Assembly (NCBI GenBank): GCA_042408205.1 | Contig: JBHOQK010000011.1 | Coordinates: forward strand, 6,348 to 70,347 | DNA: 64,000 nt | Origin: Dehalococcoidia bacterium | Lineage (GTDB): Bacteria > Chloroflexota > Dehalococcoidia > GIF9 > DYGU01 | Reading direction: 5' to 3' | Part shown: in pieces, positions 39,239-49,167 of the stretch | How the letters are laid out: every line of letters starts with the position of its first letter | Numbering within the stretch: the stretch's first letter is position 1 | Position numbers and translations under genes: made by a program | The notes under the pieces: model-generated | Told to the model about the DNA's origin: nothing | The model's input: the letters and a program-made list of their open reading frames with translations, nothing else | Database searches by the model: none

Positions 39239-41389
39239 TTAGATAAACAGAGGACACATGACTAAAGTAATAGTGCTTAAAAGTTTAACTAAGACATGTA
39301 ATGAGGGTCCAGCACAATCCTTAAGGGGATCGCCTACTGTATCACCAACTACAGCGGCAGCATGAACGGGTGTTCCTTTCTTTATGGGGTTTCCACGCTC
39401 ATCTTTAAGTTGACCATCCTCAATAAGTTTTTTAGCATTGTCCCAGGCACCGCCACCGTTATTCATAAAAGAAGCCAAAATAATGCCAGCAATGGTACCA
39501 ACCATAAGGAGAGCAGCTACAACCATAGCCGCATCATAACCCTCTACCAGATTGAAAAGAACTCCAATAGCCACTGGGGCAACTACAGGTAATAGTCCTG
39601 GAGCAATCATTTCTCTAAGTCCCGCCCGCGTAGTAATGTCAACCGCCCGAGCATAGTCTGGACGCGATGTACCGGAAAGGATGCCAGGGTCAGCCCTGAA
39701 CTGACGCCGGACCTCTTCAATAATTTTACTAGCAGTAGCACTAACGGCTCTAATTGCCCAAGAACTGAAAAGAAAGACTAGCATTACAGCTAAAAGAGCA
39801 CCAACAAAGACTTCTACTTTGGCTAGATTCACAATATCAAACTTACCTTCTTCACCAAAGCGCAAGAAAGAAACTCTATCTAAGTAAGCTTGGAATAAAA
39901 GAAACGCCGCCAGACCAGCTGAAACCATAGCGTAACCTTTAGTTAATGCCTTAGTAGTATTGCCAACAGCATCTAAGCGATCGGTAATCTTTCGCACCTT
40001 TTCCCCAGCCCCAGCCATCTCATTGATTCCATTAGCGTTATCCGTTATGGGACCAAAAGTATCCATGGATAGAATGTAAGGGCAAGTCATCAGCATGCCC
40101 ATGGTGGCTACCGCAGTGCCAAAGGGACCAGCTCCAGGAACACCACTCATTATTCCCAGCCAATAAGCTAAGAGGAGAGCAATGCCAATAACGACAGCAG
40201 TAGCTAAGGTTGTCTCATAACCGACAGCAGTACCCATAACAATATTAGTTGCTGGACCAGTTCGGGAAGCTTCAGCAATCTGTTTCACCGGACGAAACCG
40301 GGGTTCAGTGTAGTATTGAGTAATATAAACTACAGCCACACTAGTCAGGATACCAACTAAACCAGCCCAGAAGAGCCAATAATTGCCTAACATAGTGGCT
40401 ACGGTGACATACATACCAAGTACCGATAAAGCGATAGCCACATAGTAGCCCCGGTTTAAGGCATTCATAGGGTTTTCCTCCTCTTTTCCCCGAACCACCA
40501 TGACTCCAATCATACTGGCTATAAGACCAAAAGCACGGACAACTAATGGGAAAAGCACCCAGGCCGGGTTATGAGTGATAACATAAACGACTATGCCTAA
40601 AATCATAGCTCCAATATTTTCAGCAGCTGTAGATTCAAAAAGGTCAGCACCACGACCAGCACAGTCCCCTACATTGTCACCAACTAAATCAGCGATAACA
40701 GCAGCATTGCGAGGGTCATCCTCGGGAATACCAGCTTCCACTTTACCAACCAAGTCAGCCCCCATATCAGCTGCTTTGGTATAAATACCACCCCCAAGCT
40801 GAGCAAAAAGAGCCACAAAACTAGCACCAAAACCAAAACCAACTATTAGATGAGGAGCAATGTCAGGATGCTTAGCCCCACCATAAGCAAAGTAAATAAT
40901 AGTAACTCCGAGGAGACTGAGAGCTACAATGAGGAAGCCAGAAACAGCCCCACCCCGCAAGGCTACAGTTATAGCTTCTCGTAAACTGCGCTGGGCAGCA
41001 CTGGCACAGCGGACGTTAGATTTTACCGCTATATACATTCCGATAAACCCCGAGATAGCAGAGCAAAAAGCACCAGCCAAAAAAGCCAAAGCTGTTCTCC
41101 AAGCGATTCCAAAAGGTGTCATGCCTTCTATTCCTTTTTCACCACCAAGAATGCCAACTAAAGTTCCTATAATCACTGCCACTAAAATAGCTAACATAGC
41201 AATGGTGCCGTATTGACGTTTCAAAAAAGCCCAAGCACCTTCAAAAATCATACCCCCAATTTCAGCCATTCTTGGTGTTCCCGTGTCTCGCTTGAGCACA
41301 TCCCGAGCTAAATAGATGGCAAAAAGAACAGCAATTACTCCGGCAATTGGTACAACCCAAAAAATTCCCGGCATCATTACCTCCTTCAC
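39239..41389 (-). CDS. hppA: Membrane-bound proton/sodium-translocating pyrophosphatase.
   Basis: The protein is 716 aa and polytopic. Conserved H+-PPase segments are present (GGIYTKAADMGADLVGKVE, DNVGDNVGD, GDTVGDPLKD). Confidence 0.9.
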   Translation of the reverse strand: MKEVMMPGIFWVVPIAGVIAVLFAIYLARDVLKRDTGTPRMAEIGGMIFEGAWAFLKRQYGTIAMLAILVAVIIGTLVGILGGEKGIEGMTPFGIAWRTALAFLAGAFCSAISGFIGMYIAVKSNVRCASAAQRSLREAITVALRGGAVSGFLIVALSLLGVTIIYFAYGGAKHPDIAPHLIVGFGFGASFVALFAQLGGGIYTKAADMGADLVGKVEAGIPEDDPRNAAVIADLVGDNVGDCAGRGADLFESTAAENIGAMILGIVVYVITHNPAWVLFPLVVRAFGLIASMIGVMVVRGKEEENPMNALNRGYYVAIALSVLGMYVTVATMLGNYWLFWAGLVGILTSVAVVYITQYYTEPRFRPVKQIAEASRTGPATNIVMGTAVGYETTLATAVVIGIALLLAYWLGIMSGVPGAGPFGTAVATMGMLMTCPYILSMDTFGPITDNANGINEMAGAGEKVRKITDRLDAVGNTTKALTKGYAMVSAGLAAFLLFQAYLDRVSFLRFGEEGKFDIVNLAKVEVFVGALLAVMLVFLFSSWAIRAVSATASKIIEEVRRQFRADPGILSGTSRPDYARAVDITTRAGLREMIAPGLLPVVAPVAIGVLFNLVEGYDAAMVVAALLMVGTIAGIILASFMNNGGGAWDNAKKLIEDGQLKDERGNPIKKGTPVHAAAVVGDTVGDPLKDCAGPSLHVLVKLLSTITLVMCPLFI

Positions 41390-41472
41390 TCTAACTCCTC
41401 TTTATTTTTCTCCTTAATTTAAACAAGAAATTTAATTTAACATTCAAAATTAAGAAGGTCAAGACATTTCCC

Positions 41473-42183
41473 TTAAGATTTTTGGTTACTTCCTTGTATT
41501 TTTTTATCTATTTCACTCCCAAAAGTAGCCAGCTTTTCTTCAAGTTGTCTTTGGCGCAAAATTAAAGTCAAGTCTGCCCGTGTCTTTTCCAAAACTCCCC
41601 GAGCAACATCGGTGGTCCTTCTCAATCCATAAGTAATAGCCTCAGAAAAGTCCATAGTCACCAAAACTCCATAAATTTCATCCATTTTTGCTAGCAATTC
41701 CTCACACCGAATAAGCTCATCCCGACGGAGACTATCTAAAAGATAACGTCTAAGCTCACCTATAGTCTCACCCAGCCCATTAAGGTAAGCCGGGTAGCTA
41801 ATTTTGAGATCCCCCGGTTCAGGGGGAGGCTTACCCCTAACTAAGGCGAAAGTAATGTTCGCCTCAGCAAACTCTTTTTGGGCATCGTGAATAAAACCAG
41901 CAGCCACAAAGTCGGGATGTTTTTCCACTATGAGGTTAATTTGGCGAATTACCTTGCGGGCTGAGTTCAAAAATTTCTTAGCTTCAGCCATATTTTGCTG
42001 ATGCACCGCATGAATAGAATTAGCACTATAACGAATTACTTCACGGCAAAGCTGAAGCGTTTTTTCCCTAACTTTGTCCTTAATTAAAAAATGACTACGA
42101 ATTTCTTGAGCGATGTCGTCTAACCGCTTTGAAGAAGCACTTTTTCTTTTATTGGGGTAATTCTTCAGCTTCAATTCTGGCAA
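41473..42183 (-). CDS. Translin-family protein (putative nucleic-acid binding/RNase-like).
   Basis: The protein is predicted all-helical. The segments YLNGLGETIGELRRYLLDSL and LRRTTDVARGVLEKTRADL parallel the translin C-terminal half (YIYGVCDLAGELMRYAI... LRKRYDGLKYDVKKVEEVV) as recalled from memory. Confidence 0.45.
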   Translation of the reverse strand: MPELKLKNYPNKRKSASSKRLDDIAQEIRSHFLIKDKVREKTLQLCREVIRYSANSIHAVHQQNMAEAKKFLNSARKVIRQINLIVEKHPDFVAAGFIHDAQKEFAEANITFALVRGKPPPEPGDLKISYPAYLNGLGETIGELRRYLLDSLRRDELIRCEELLAKMDEIYGVLVTMDFSEAITYGLRRTTDVARGVLEKTRADLTLILRQRQLEEKLATFGSEIDKKIQGSNQKS

Positions 42184-42787
42184 TTAATTGGATTAAGTCT
42201 TGTTTGACCTGTCCTGGTAAATATTCCTCAAACAGGTCAAGATATTTGTGAAGTAATACTTTACTTTCTGAAGACGAAGGAAGAACTTTACCTTCATAGA
42301 ATTTGAGTATTATTCTATGGCAACTGGCACATAAATCGGCAATAATATCAGTATTTAAATAAGTCTGTTCCTCGTGGCTAACTACTAAATGTTCTTCTAA
42401 TAAGTCAGGGTTAATATTTCCGCATAAAACACATCTTTTCTCAGACTTAATTTCAGGGCTCACTATACCAGCTCTAAGGTATTGGAGAGTAACATTTTCC
42501 ATGGCGGCTCTAAGCTCATTTTGAAGTCTCTTACCTAAGGGGGTCGGCAGAGAATCAAGGAAAACAAAAAATTTATCAACAATTGTATGGCTGATATCGC
42601 CAATCAAAGTCCAACAACAGCGATGGATTATCCGATGGCAATTGACACACAAAGTTATATATAAAGGAGGTCCCAACTCCCCTTCCTCAGCCCCTTCACC
42701 AACAAGAGCTGCTAAATGTTCTTCCAGAACATCCAAATTGCTCTCCCCACAAATAGGGCATCTCTTTTTTTCCATTTCTGGCACCAT
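42149..42787 (-). CDS. Hypothetical protein with two tandem degenerate HNH-like zinc-finger modules.
   Basis: Module 1 is CPICG-x10-EEHL-x~20-LCVNCHRIIH. Module 2 is CVLCG-x10-EEHL-x13-N-x7-CASCHRII. The gene overlaps the translin-like gene by 35 nt. Confidence 0.5.
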   Translation of the reverse strand: MVPEMEKKRCPICGESNLDVLEEHLAALVGEGAEEGELGPPLYITLCVNCHRIIHRCCWTLIGDISHTIVDKFFVFLDSLPTPLGKRLQNELRAAMENVTLQYLRAGIVSPEIKSEKRCVLCGNINPDLLEEHLVVSHEEQTYLNTDIIADLCASCHRIILKFYEGKVLPSSSESKVLLHKYLDLFEEYLPGQVKQDLIQLIARIEAEELPQ

Positions 42788-42811
42788 TCAGGTAAGTTTT
42801 TTAACCCTTAT

Positions 42812-44368
42812 TTACTCTAAATATTTTTCTCTCAGAACTCGTCGCAAAATCTTTCCAGTAGGATTTTTAGGTATCTCTGAAACGAATTCTATAGACTTAG
42901 GCACAGCATAAGGAGGAAGCCTTTGTTCACAAAATTGCCTTATTTCATCAGGTTCCACCTTTGTTTGAGGCTTTAGAACGACAAAAGCTCTAATAACCTC
43001 ACCACTTTCTTTATCAGGTATTCCTACCACAGCTGCTTCTAAAACCGCTGGATGGCAATAAATAACTTCCTCTATTTCGCGTGGGAAAAGCCTATATCCC
43101 TGACTGAGAATCATGTCTTTCTTCCGATCACTTAAGTAGATATAACCGTCTTCATCAATTGTCCCCATATCCCCTGTATAAAGGTAACCATTCTTTATGG
43201 CTAAAGCAGTAGCTTCAGGCATCTTCCAGTAACCTACCATTAGTTCGTCACTTTTACCGATTATCTCCCCAATTTCTCCCGGAACTACATCATTTCCTAA
43301 TTCGTTAACCACCCTTACTTCTGCATTCAAAGCTTCTCTACCACAAGAAGCTAATCTACGGAGTTCGGTGGGTTTTCCTTCTATTACTAATTCACCAGCA
43401 TAAATCCAGGTGAGATTTCGACATTCCGTCAAGCCATAATTTTGTGTCACTTTCCCTTCAAATATTTTTAGCAATTTTTTAAGCCTATCTATCGGCATTG
43501 GGCTACCAGCATAATGAACTCGGCGAATACAACTCAAGTCATATTTGCCTAGTTCAGGATATTCTATCAAGGAAATTAATAGGGCTGGTGGGCTAAAGAG
43601 AATAGTAACTTTTTCTCTTTGAATACAATTTAAGATAGCTTCAACAGTAGTCTCTTTTAGCCCAGCAAAAGTAGCACCTACGTAAAAAGCCGGTAAAAAT
43701 CCGTAAGGAAAGGCAGTAGTACTAAAAGAGAAAACTCCGAGAAGTATATCTGTCGGTTTAATCTCATTAAGAAATGCCAAATTCGCACCAGTAGCTAACC
43801 AATTTTTATTACTTAGCATGACTCCTTTTGGTAAACCAGTAGTACCACTAGTGTAGGAAATGGAGAAAAGGTCATTTTCGCTGAGCTCTATCTGAGGCTC
43901 TTGGGGCGGAAAGGTCGAAATTAATTTCCGGTAGTCATGGCTATATTCAGTTACTCCATCAATGCAAATAAAATGCTTTACGGATTTAAGTTGGGCCTTT
44001 AAGTTATCAATTATTCCACTATAGTTTTGCCCAAAGAAAAGAGCACTGGCTTCAGTGTGATTAACAATGTAAGCAATTTCTTTGTCAGTAAGCATGGTAT
44101 TAATAGGAACATAGATAATGCCTGTTTTAGCTCCCGTCCAGGCTATTTCAAAATATTCAGGGCAGTTATCAGCTAATATAGCAAATCTGTCTCCCTTTTT
44201 CATTCCAAGACTCAGGAGAGCTGTAGCTAATTGGTTTACCTTATTATTTAATTGTTTAAAGGTGTATCTGGTGTTGTTAAAGATGAAGCCTATTTTGTCA
44301 GGATAACGGCGGGAATTACGGATGATAAGGTCACGGATAAGCATTACCTCCCCTTTCCATATTGGCAA
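42812..44368 (-). CDS. AMP-forming acyl-CoA ligase (medium-chain, aromatic or alicyclic acid type).
   Basis: The AMP-binding motif YTSGTTGLPKGVMLS is present. The protein is ~510 aa. An alternative start at M9 (44344) is preceded by GGGGAGG. Confidence 0.8.
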   Translation of the reverse strand: MPIWKGEVMLIRDLIIRNSRRYPDKIGFIFNNTRYTFKQLNNKVNQLATALLSLGMKKGDRFAILADNCPEYFEIAWTGAKTGIIYVPINTMLTDKEIAYIVNHTEASALFFGQNYSGIIDNLKAQLKSVKHFICIDGVTEYSHDYRKLISTFPPQEPQIELSENDLFSISYTSGTTGLPKGVMLSNKNWLATGANLAFLNEIKPTDILLGVFSFSTTAFPYGFLPAFYVGATFAGLKETTVEAILNCIQREKVTILFSPPALLISLIEYPELGKYDLSCIRRVHYAGSPMPIDRLKKLLKIFEGKVTQNYGLTECRNLTWIYAGELVIEGKPTELRRLASCGREALNAEVRVVNELGNDVVPGEIGEIIGKSDELMVGYWKMPEATALAIKNGYLYTGDMGTIDEDGYIYLSDRKKDMILSQGYRLFPREIEEVIYCHPAVLEAAVVGIPDKESGEVIRAFVVLKPQTKVEPDEIRQFCEQRLPPYAVPKSIEFVSEIPKNPTGKILRRVLREKYLE

Positions 44369-45395
44369 CTAACTGGCGAGTAGCCTCTTCTATATTATTT
44401 TCTCTAAAAATAGCACTAATAACAGCTACTGAACTAGCACCAGCACCCATAACCTGAGCAATATTATCTTTATTTATCCCGCCAATAGCAACTATCGGTA
44501 GAGATACAGACTCCCTAATCTGCTTCAGTTTCTCCAATCCGACTACTTGACTGCTGGGTTTAGTAGGAGACAGAAAAATTGACCCAACAGCAATGTAATC
44601 TGCCCCTTCTGTCTCCGCTTTTACTGCTTGAGTTACTGTGGATACCGAACATCCGATAACTTTGTCTATCGGAAGCTTTTCCCTGGCAATAGCTACCGGT
44701 AAATCTTCCTGCCCTAAATGTAGCCCATCAGCATCTGTAGCTAAAACTAAGTCTAAGTAGTCATTAATAATAAATAAAACATTGGCTTCATGGCAATTCT
44801 TCCTAAGTTCCTCAGCAATAGATAACAGTTCACGCCGACTACGCTGTTTGTCCCGGAGTTGGATAATTTTAGCCCCACCTTTAATAACTTGTTGGGCTAC
44901 TTGGCTCTCACTTCTTCCTCTTAAGGCTTCGGCATCTATAATAACATAAAGTCCCTTTATTCTATCTCTTTTATCTTGGCGGATTAGGCGCGAGAACAAC
45001 CTTTGTTCCAGACTATAAAGGGTGAAACGATTTTTTTGTAGCTGGATTGAATTTAAGATAGGACTAATTTCAGGGAGTTTAGCCAACTCTTCTAAGACAC
45101 GGAGAGCTTCCTCCACCCTCCTGGCATTGGCTCGGAGGAGATTAAGTAGGTTAGGTTTTACTTCAGGGGAGATATTACCGATGCTTACACCTACATCTTG
45201 TTCTGAATCCCGTTGAGATAGAAGGGAGGCTGAATAATTATTGAGGCTCTGAACTATATTATGGCGCAAAGTCCTCAATTGCTCAGTGAGAGAAGTATCA
45301 TTAAGAATAAAACGAGCAATTTCTTCCAAAAAACGCAGCCCTTCGCCAACACGATTAACGTTCGCATCAATGATACGCAGCGTCTGGGGTAGCAC
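44331..45395 (-). CDS. thiE: Thiamine-phosphate synthase with a ~140-aa N-terminal extension of unknown function.
   Basis: The C-terminal 210 aa carry ThiE motifs (LYVIID..., GADYIAVGSIF, VAIGGIN). The N-terminal domain (IDANVNRVGEGLRFLEEIARF) has no assigned function. The start is GTG at 45395. Confidence 0.8.
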   Translation of the reverse strand: MLPQTLRIIDANVNRVGEGLRFLEEIARFILNDTSLTEQLRTLRHNIVQSLNNYSASLLSQRDSEQDVGVSIGNISPEVKPNLLNLLRANARRVEEALRVLEELAKLPEISPILNSIQLQKNRFTLYSLEQRLFSRLIRQDKRDRIKGLYVIIDAEALRGRSESQVAQQVIKGGAKIIQLRDKQRSRRELLSIAEELRKNCHEANVLFIINDYLDLVLATDADGLHLGQEDLPVAIAREKLPIDKVIGCSVSTVTQAVKAETEGADYIAVGSIFLSPTKPSSQVVGLEKLKQIRESVSLPIVAIGGINKDNIAQVMGAGASSVAVISAIFRENNIEEATRQLVANMERGGNAYP

Positions 45396-45741
45396 TTTTC
45401 AAATCCTTTAACGGCTCCGGTAACTCTCCTTCTCTGGCAGCCTGAATTTTCTCTTTAAGGGAAGGAGGCATTTCTATTCCCATTTCTTTGAATCGCTTCT
45501 CTGCCCATCTGCCAATGTTTCGCGGGTCTTTATAATAGTCTGGGGAAGGAAACAAAGTTGGTTCACCACTTTCTTCCCAGATTGTTTTTATTGATTTGTG
45601 GTAGGCAAAACTGGAGATAGTGCGAACTAGATTAATATTGCCACAAGTTGGGCACTTGGCAGTAAAAGAAGAGGATATACTCTTAACTAAAAAACTTACC
45701 CTCTTACAGCAATCTGAACACCAAAACTCGTAAATAGGCAT
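45367..45741 (-). CDS. FmdB-family zinc-ribbon protein (CxxC-x~17-CxxC) with a C-terminal extension.
   Basis: The N-terminus MPIYEFWCSDCCKRV...CPTCGN has the FmdB pattern. The 3' end overlaps the thiE start by 29 nt. Confidence 0.7.
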   Translation of the reverse strand: MPIYEFWCSDCCKRVSFLVKSISSSFTAKCPTCGNINLVRTISSFAYHKSIKTIWEESGEPTLFPSPDYYKDPRNIGRWAEKRFKEMGIEMPPSLKEKIQAAREGELPEPLKDLKSATPDAAYH

Positions 45742-45747
45742 AGTACC

Positions 45748-46098
45748 TTATCCAGTCTCTTTCTTAAGTTGACTAGGAGAAATAACTGGCATTTCCCCTC
45801 TTTCCATTTTTTCTACCATTTCTTCATATTCAGGAGCCGGCTTTTCCCCTCGACTCATCCGTCTATTCCATTCAGCTAAAGCTTTAGGGTCATTACGCAG
45901 CATCCCTTTAATTAATTGAGAGTCGGAGAGTATATCTTCATAAATAGCCTTGTCTGTTTTTCTCACCAAAAAGGGAGAAAAAAGGCGAGTCAAAGGATTA
46001 TCACATTGTGGGCATAAGGGCAGAGACTGAGGTAGCCTTTGAAAATATAAATCCACTTTCTTTAAGCAATTATGACACCAATACTCATAAATAGGCAT
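45748..46098 (-). CDS. FmdB-family zinc-ribbon protein, paralog of the adjacent gene.
   Basis: The N-terminus MPIYEYWCHNCLKKV...CPQCDN has the FmdB pattern. Confidence 0.7.
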   Translation of the reverse strand: MPIYEYWCHNCLKKVDLYFQRLPQSLPLCPQCDNPLTRLFSPFLVRKTDKAIYEDILSDSQLIKGMLRNDPKALAEWNRRMSRGEKPAPEYEEMVEKMERGEMPVISPSQLKKETG

Positions 46099-46129
46099 CT
46101 TTCCTTAAATTGTAGCATAAAGAAAAATG

Positions 46130-47557
46130 TTATTCATACCGTCTAGAGTAGTATCGGTGCACATTTGCTATTGCTTTAGCAGCTCGAGCTATAGAAGGAA
46201 AGACAGCTATTCCGCCTTGACGAAGTTTATTGAGCAACTTCAAACGGTCACTTTCGGCACTCCCTGGTGGGAGGACAATTATTATGGGCTTATTTTGCTT
46301 ATGGGCAAAATTGAGGAATACATTATTGAGTTGCTGGAACTGCTTTTTATTATTTACATAGGGTAATATTAGTTCTACGTCCTCCTGAACCAATATAAGG
46401 TCAATATTCGGGTCGGCAATAACTATCTCCATTACTTTTTCCAGGACAGAGGGGGAGCCAAGAGTTGGAGTTATATCTAAAGGATTATGCAAAATACTAC
46501 CAATAGGACCCAAGAGCCTCATTAGCTTAGTTTTGGTCTCATAGGAAAGGGGAGGGAGGTTAAGACTAAACTGGGCACAGGTATCAGCAGCTGAAACAGC
46601 CGCCCCACCACCAGCACCACAAAGCCCAGTAATTATAGCTATATTGTTGCCACGCCAGAAACTAATCTGCTGAAAAAGGAGTAAAGTATCAACAAACTCC
46701 TCAAGATTATAGACTTCGATAGCACCAGCCTGTTTTATAGCCGTTGACCAAGCAACACTAGAACTGGTCAATGACCCCGTGTGAGAGGCAGCGATAACAG
46801 TGCCGGCTTCTGTTCTTCCGCCTTTCCAGATAACTAGAGGTTTGACTTTGGCTATTTCTTTTATGATAGTAAAGAAACGGTGCCCGTCTTTTACCCCCTC
46901 AATATAAAGACCAATAACTCTGGTCTTAGGGTCAGCACCAAGATATTCCAGGAAGTCAACAGCATCTAGGTCAATGCCATTGCCGAAACTGACGCCTTTG
47001 CTGTAATTTATGCCGTAACTAATGCCAAGACTAATTAATTTCGCAGCTATACCACCACTTTGAGAAATAAAACCAATTTCTCCTGGAGTTCCTACGGCAC
47101 CTTCAATAAGAGGTAGCTTACATTCCGGGGAATAAACCCCGAGGCAGTTGGGACCAATAATACGAAAACCACCTTTACGAGCTTTGGCTAACATTGCTGC
47201 TTCAGCTTGTTTCCAAACTTTGTCTCCAGTCTCTCTAAAGCCAGCGGTAAAAAAGGTGACAACTTTTACTCCCTTAGCTGTACATTCATCGAGTAATGAA
47301 AGAATAAACTGTCGCGGGATGGAGACAAGAACATAGTCTACTTGTCCTGGTATGGATTGAAGATTGGGGTATATTTTTAAACCCAGGATCTCCCCCCCAT
47401 TAGGACTTACAGGGTAAATTTCACCTTTATAACCAGCATTTACCAATGCCCTTACCCAAATGTAACCAGCCTTTGTTTTGTTGGGCGAAGCACCAATAAC
47501 TGCTATCGACTTTGGATAAAAGATAGGCTCAAATAGACGAAGTTTTATTTCATTCAT
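46130..47557 (-). CDS. ADP-forming acyl-CoA synthetase alpha subunit (CoA-binding plus CoA-ligase domains). No adjacent beta or ATP-grasp subunit was found.
   Basis: The N-terminal CoA-binding region (PKSIAVIGASPNKTKAGY) and the succinyl-CoA-synthetase-alpha-like core support the call. The protein is 475 aa. Confidence 0.7.
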   Translation of the reverse strand: MNEIKLRLFEPIFYPKSIAVIGASPNKTKAGYIWVRALVNAGYKGEIYPVSPNGGEILGLKIYPNLQSIPGQVDYVLVSIPRQFILSLLDECTAKGVKVVTFFTAGFRETGDKVWKQAEAAMLAKARKGGFRIIGPNCLGVYSPECKLPLIEGAVGTPGEIGFISQSGGIAAKLISLGISYGINYSKGVSFGNGIDLDAVDFLEYLGADPKTRVIGLYIEGVKDGHRFFTIIKEIAKVKPLVIWKGGRTEAGTVIAASHTGSLTSSSVAWSTAIKQAGAIEVYNLEEFVDTLLLFQQISFWRGNNIAIITGLCGAGGGAAVSAADTCAQFSLNLPPLSYETKTKLMRLLGPIGSILHNPLDITPTLGSPSVLEKVMEIVIADPNIDLILVQEDVELILPYVNNKKQFQQLNNVFLNFAHKQNKPIIIVLPPGSAESDRLKLLNKLRQGGIAVFPSIARAAKAIANVHRYYSRRYE

Positions 47558-47626
47558 AGAGAAAATCCTTTTTCAGAAAGACTTTCCAATATAATTATAG
47601 CCTATAATTATGGTAATTATGGTAGT

Positions 47627-48805
47627 TTAGAATTTACTGTTAAGCCGGAGCAAGATAGCACAAACTAAAGCCATAAAAGCAAATCCGGCAGCAATAATAA
47701 AACTCCAGTTAATCCCTAACTGGTCAGCAGTATAGCCTAATATACTTGCTGAAAAAGAACCAAGACCAAAAGTAAGGAAATAGTAGATACCATAGCTGCG
47801 CCCTCGCCAAGCAATTGAACTATAATCGGCCACAAGGCTGTTAAAGACTGGCTGCCCCATAAAATGGAAAAAGGCAAAAATGATAGCCGCAATCATTAGG
47901 ATAAGCCCATAACTAATGGCTACTACTATGAGAAAAAGTGATGTTACAAAGGTTATGAGAATAGCCAGAGACTCTCGTCGCCTTTGGTCTGAAAGATAGC
48001 CCCCAAGAAGTTGCCCACCGACCCCAAAGATAAGAGCTATAGTAGTAAAGGAACCAGCTAACAGCTGAGTATCTAAATTTAAGAAAGGAAAGGAGACTCG
48101 TTCCCCAAGATATAACGGTAAAAAAGTCACTGCACCCCGGTAGATAAAGCCACTAAGTATAGCAATGGTAAAAACGAGGGCTAACGGTAAAATCATGGGT
48201 GTTGAGGATGTTTTATTGGCGGAGGTAGAACGGTGAAATAAAGGAGCATCGTGAACAGAAACACGAACAAAAGACCAGAATACTACAGCCAGCAGCAAGG
48301 CTGCTATAGCAAAAGCGAAATACGAAGCTCGCCAGTTTACGAAATAGGCGATAGTGCTAGCAAGAATAGGCCCTAAGGCAACTCCAAAATTGCCACCGGC
48401 ACCAAAATATCCAAAAGCTAGCCCACGATGAGGAACTACCTTGGCAATATGAGTAGCGCCTACTGGATGATAAACACCTAAGGCTAATCCTAAGAATGTT
48501 AGAGTTACCCCCAATATAAATATATTAGGAGAGACTCCAACAGCTATAGAAGCGATACCTATCCCCAAGCAACAGAAAAATAATAGTCGCCTTTCGCCCA
48601 GCCGGTCAGCTAAAAAACCGGAAGGTAAAGCAGCAGCTCCAAAAGCAAAACCAGAAAAATTAGCTAACAAACCTAAAAGAAAGAGAGTAGAATGGAACTC
48701 TCGACTGATACTTATTAAAAGAGCCCCGTAGCTCAGCTCAAGAATATGGACCAAACCGTGACAAGCAGCATTATAAGCTATGACTTGTCTCTCAACCTTC
48801 TTCAT
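47627..48805 (-). CDS. Major-facilitator-superfamily transporter.
   Basis: The protein has 12 predicted TM helices and is 392 aa. Confidence 0.75.
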   Translation of the reverse strand: MKKVERQVIAYNAACHGLVHILELSYGALLISISREFHSTLFLLGLLANFSGFAFGAAALPSGFLADRLGERRLLFFCCLGIGIASIAVGVSPNIFILGVTLTFLGLALGVYHPVGATHIAKVVPHRGLAFGYFGAGGNFGVALGPILASTIAYFVNWRASYFAFAIAALLLAVVFWSFVRVSVHDAPLFHRSTSANKTSSTPMILPLALVFTIAILSGFIYRGAVTFLPLYLGERVSFPFLNLDTQLLAGSFTTIALIFGVGGQLLGGYLSDQRRRESLAILITFVTSLFLIVVAISYGLILMIAAIIFAFFHFMGQPVFNSLVADYSSIAWRGRSYGIYYFLTFGLGSFSASILGYTADQLGINWSFIIAAGFAFMALVCAILLRLNSKF

Positions 48806-48807
48806 TT

Positions 48808-49167
48808 TTAACTTATAGCATTTTCGATAAGTTCAATTCTTTTGGTTTTATTCTTTTCGTCTAATTCTATAACTATAATGTCTATTCGCCAATTTGGAGA
48901 TAAGTTCTGGCGATCCTTTAAATAAGTGAGAGCTGAGGTAACCAGTCTTTCTTTTTTAGCCTGAGTCACCGATTCTTCCGGAGCACCAAATTGGTAACTA
49001 CTTTTGGTACGGACTTCAACAAAGACAATATAATCACCTTTCCGAGCAATAATATCAATTTCGCCATCACGACAACGGAAGTTAGTCTCTAAAATGCGGT
49101 AACCTCGCTTTTTAAGGAAGTGAGTAGCGATTTTTTCACCCAAAGCCCCTAGTTGTTTTCGCTTCAT
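48808..49167 (-). CDS. yraN: YraN-family (UPF0102) endonuclease.
   Basis: The motif GALGEKIATHFLKKRGYRIL...GEIDIIA is present. The protein is 119 aa. Confidence 0.8.
   Translation of the reverse strand: MKRKQLGALGEKIATHFLKKRGYRILETNFRCRDGEIDIIARKGDYIVFVEVRTKSSYQFGAPEESVTQAKKERLVTSALTYLKDRQNLSPNWRIDIIVIELDEKNKTKRIELIENAIS

Noticed and set aside
46127-46366. 79-aa plus-strand ORF overlapping the 3' end of the ADP-forming acyl-CoA synthetase gene.
   Set aside because: It is antisense to a conserved coding region, hydrophobic and low-complexity, with no RBS.
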